A DNA stretch of 64,000 nucleotides. It comes from Rhodosorus marinus CCMP1338 (lineage: Eukaryota > Plantae > Rhodophyta). The stretch is taken from assembly GCA_029953675.1 (NCBI GenBank), contig JAMWBK010000002.1, positions 2,294,001 through 2,358,000 on the forward strand. The letters run 5' to 3'. The notes beneath the pieces are model-generated. The model was not told the DNA's origin. It ran no database searches and worked only from the letters and a program-made list of their open reading frames with translations. The translations under genes and the position numbers were made by a program. This document shows, in pieces, positions 61,378 through 64,000 of this stretch. The first letter of the stretch is position 1. The number at the start of each line of letters is the position of its first letter.

Positions 61378-63924
61378 CTACTGTTCATCCCCGTAGTTTT
61401 CTTGCCATCGTTTACCCATTAACTTTATATGACGTTCCTTATAAGATTCGCCGGGTCGCAACGCCTGTCAGTGAATAGTAAAAGAAAATACGGTTGTGAG
61501 CGAGCCCTGCCTTTGCAAACATCAACGACCTGTGCCCGTGCACGCTTGGCGCGTACAAACTTGGTGTTCACAGGCTCCGACCCTAGTCCTGCTCTTCCTG
61601 ATGTTGTTGTTGCTTCGACGGGAGCTGATATCCCCGATCCCGATCTGTTTACAGACGAGCAATTAACCTTTCTCAGTGTTATCCGCGCCTACTGTGATCA
61701 TTGTAGACTGCTCACTTACACTCCCAGGCCTTTCCCCTCTTTCCATCCCATTGCCTTCAGCAGCTTGTTCCCAACGTTCGGAGCTTCTTGGGGTGTTTCA
61801 GCGTCGTTTGGCTCCTTTGGATGTAGTGCTGTATGTCTTGGATGGGGTCGCTGCTCCTTGCCTTGCTGTGTCTCCTCCTGAGGAAACATACTTCGGCGCT
61901 CAGCTGCGCGATCACGGTACAGCTTCTGCTGTTTGCGTTTCTCCTCCAAATTCTGCTTGTGGAGCGCAGATTCCTTCTCATGTCTCTGTGCAATGTCCAT
62001 CGATTTGAAACCGCGCCGACAAAGACTACAGATCACCTTCCCACCAGAGCGTGCTATGAAAGACTCGGTGGCCTCCTTGACCGGGACTACTTCGGGTTGT
62101 TTGGCATCTTTCACCGGATTTACTGGCGCCGCGTTCGCAGCGGAGAGCGACGCTGGTGCTGGCACCTCAGTCGCGGCCTGCTGCAATTCCTGCTGCCGTG
62201 TATTCCACCTCTGAAGATCCGCGTTGACCTTTCCCAGTTTCGATTTCATGGACACCGCACCTTTGCCCTTCTTAAGCGCAAAGTTAACGGCAGACTTTTT
62301 CTCAGGTTCAGCTGTAGCTGTGGAAGCGCTGTCCTTGGGGAGGGAGTTCTCCTCCGGCTGTGCTTCAGTGGTTCCTGCAATACTTGGGTTTCCGTGCGGT
62401 GAAGTCTTTTGTACTTCTTCGTTTTTGGGCGTATCTTCTGGTGGTTTCTTCGAATCCCCAGAAGAACCCGCAGCAGAGCCATCAGTTCCCTGCTTTCCTT
62501 CATTCTCTTGAGGAGCGCCCAGCCTGGACTCGACTTTGCTGACTGTGCCGCTTGAAGACTCAACAGGTGGCTGAGCGGAGGAGTTCGCAGGTGTATACTC
62601 CGTTGGAACGTAGCAGTTGATCCCTACATCGTACCTAAGCAGCAGCAGAAATGCATAATCAAGCGCACGAAATTAGCTATGCGAGATGAGCACTTCCCAT
62701 GCATGAAAAAAAAGGCCACCAAAGCTGCCTCTTACCGGAAATACTTTCGCGAGGTCCCATCATAGAAAATGTTCTTCGCAGCGTCAATAACATAGTATCT
62801 GGTTTGCGGGTCGTAGTACCAGCCCGACTTTGAGTCATACACGAACGATGCCGGATTTGGTCCCTTTCGATTGGGACGATTGGGCCTATTTCCACGATAT
62901 CCACCCGTGGGGTGTTCCCTGCGATGAATGTTCGCACGTGTTGGATCAGAGTCATGAACCACCTCAGTCGCGTCTGAAGTTCTGGCAAGTGAACAGTTAT
63001 GGCAGGTTTCCCGACGAGAGAAATTCGTATACGAGCAGTTGGAACATATCCAATCCCCGCCCGTGGGAGCGCCTAGAAGAAAAGTGCGTTTTAGGACGTC
63101 ATCAGCCTTCCCAAATTTCGGCGTCCTTTCTAGCCCTGCCAAGAGCAACGGACAAGACATACATACCTGAGGTTTCTGAGAATGAGTACTCCAAATTCAA
63201 CCGCCTCCCACCGAAGTCCAATCCGTTGTTCTCGTTTGCGTATTCCATGATACTTCTAGTAGCTTCCAAAGAATCAAATTCCACGAACGCATAGCCTCGC
63301 GCGGCGCGAGTGTTCCTATCCAACGGTATTCTCACATTGACAACTTTCGCATAAGCCGTGAAGAAGGCTTCCACTTGCTCTCGCTCAATTATTGCTCCCG
63401 GAGCGTTGTCGCAAAGGTTCCGCACCATTAAGGTCCGGGAGGGCCGCTCGTTGCGCTTATGTCTGCGCTCATGGTATGGAGGGCTCCTGACTCTTCTTCT
63501 GCCCCCCGGTGAGTCGTAATCCCCTCCAGGGGAAGGCGTCCTAGAATGCCTTGTCCTTCGAGGACTCCAATCATTGTAGGGAGAAAGCGATCGATCGTAA
63601 TCCCTTCCCCTCTCTCGTGGGCTTTGGCTCCTACTGTCCCAGCTTCGGCTCCTGGACCTCTTCCTTGAAAAGCGTCTAAATGTTGGAAGAATCACGGCAA
63701 AACATTAGCCAATCCGAACATCTGCTGATCCTGCAAAGACACTTCCCACACTGGACGAAGAGAATACTCCCGTCCAACGCCCTCCACTGGACACGAGCTG
63801 GAATCCATTTCTCTCACCCCTGGCGTTTCATCATCGATTGCCAGCCACTGTTCTCCTCATTGTCGTGCAAATCATCGTAGTCTTCGTTGAGTCTCCGAGA
63901 GCTCCAATGCCGGTGATCGCTCAT
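61378..63924 (-). CDS. RBM5/RBM10-like splicing regulator (RS region, RRM, RanBP2 zinc finger, OCRE, C2H2, G-patch), multi-exon
   Basis: RGYAFVEF; DWICSNCSYTNFSRRETCHNC; YDSKSGWYYDPQTRYY; ICSLCRRGFKS...HEKESALHKQNLE; NVGNKLLKAMGWKEGKGLG. Confidence 0.92.
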
Positions 63925-64000
63925 TTCCAGAGAACGCGGTCCGAATGCGAGCGCACCCGTTCGGAGATATGTCACAGTTTGCTAAACAAGCTTCCTTTTC

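Overview
Gene-dense eukaryotic nuclear DNA, probably from a unicellular red alga (inference). Evidence: short GT-AG introns with CTAAC branch points, M-x-F-type plastid transit peptides with no signal peptide, and a cyanobacterial-type FabI. About 25 genes were reconstructed by eye across introns. Housekeeping: LSM1, SNW1/SKIP, a WD40-TPR (WDTC1/DCAF-like) protein, PSMB2, COG4, CWC25, dymeclin, an R3HCC1-like protein, an ERGIC-53/VIP36-like lectin and RBM5/10. Likely plastid-targeted: FabI, an RH3-like DEAD-box helicase, a Rossmann-fold protein and an RBBP9-like protein. Also a divergent TALE homeobox gene, a two-domain glycosyltransferase and several prokaryote-like enzymes (MTA/SAH deaminase, MDR dehydrogenase, SAM methyltransferase, GH13 amylase with 6 introns). 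Non-coding features include two unrelated degenerate repeat arrays, a 105-nt hairpin and a duplicated exon/intron junction. The best leads are a candidate [D1,2] spliceosomal twin intron at 6683-6779, an RBBP9-like pseudo-hydrolase, the TALE gene's in-frame intron and the hairpin inside repeat array A. No CRISPR, rRNA, tRNA or transposase was seen. All family calls rest on motif recognition; no database search was run, and exon boundaries are approximate.
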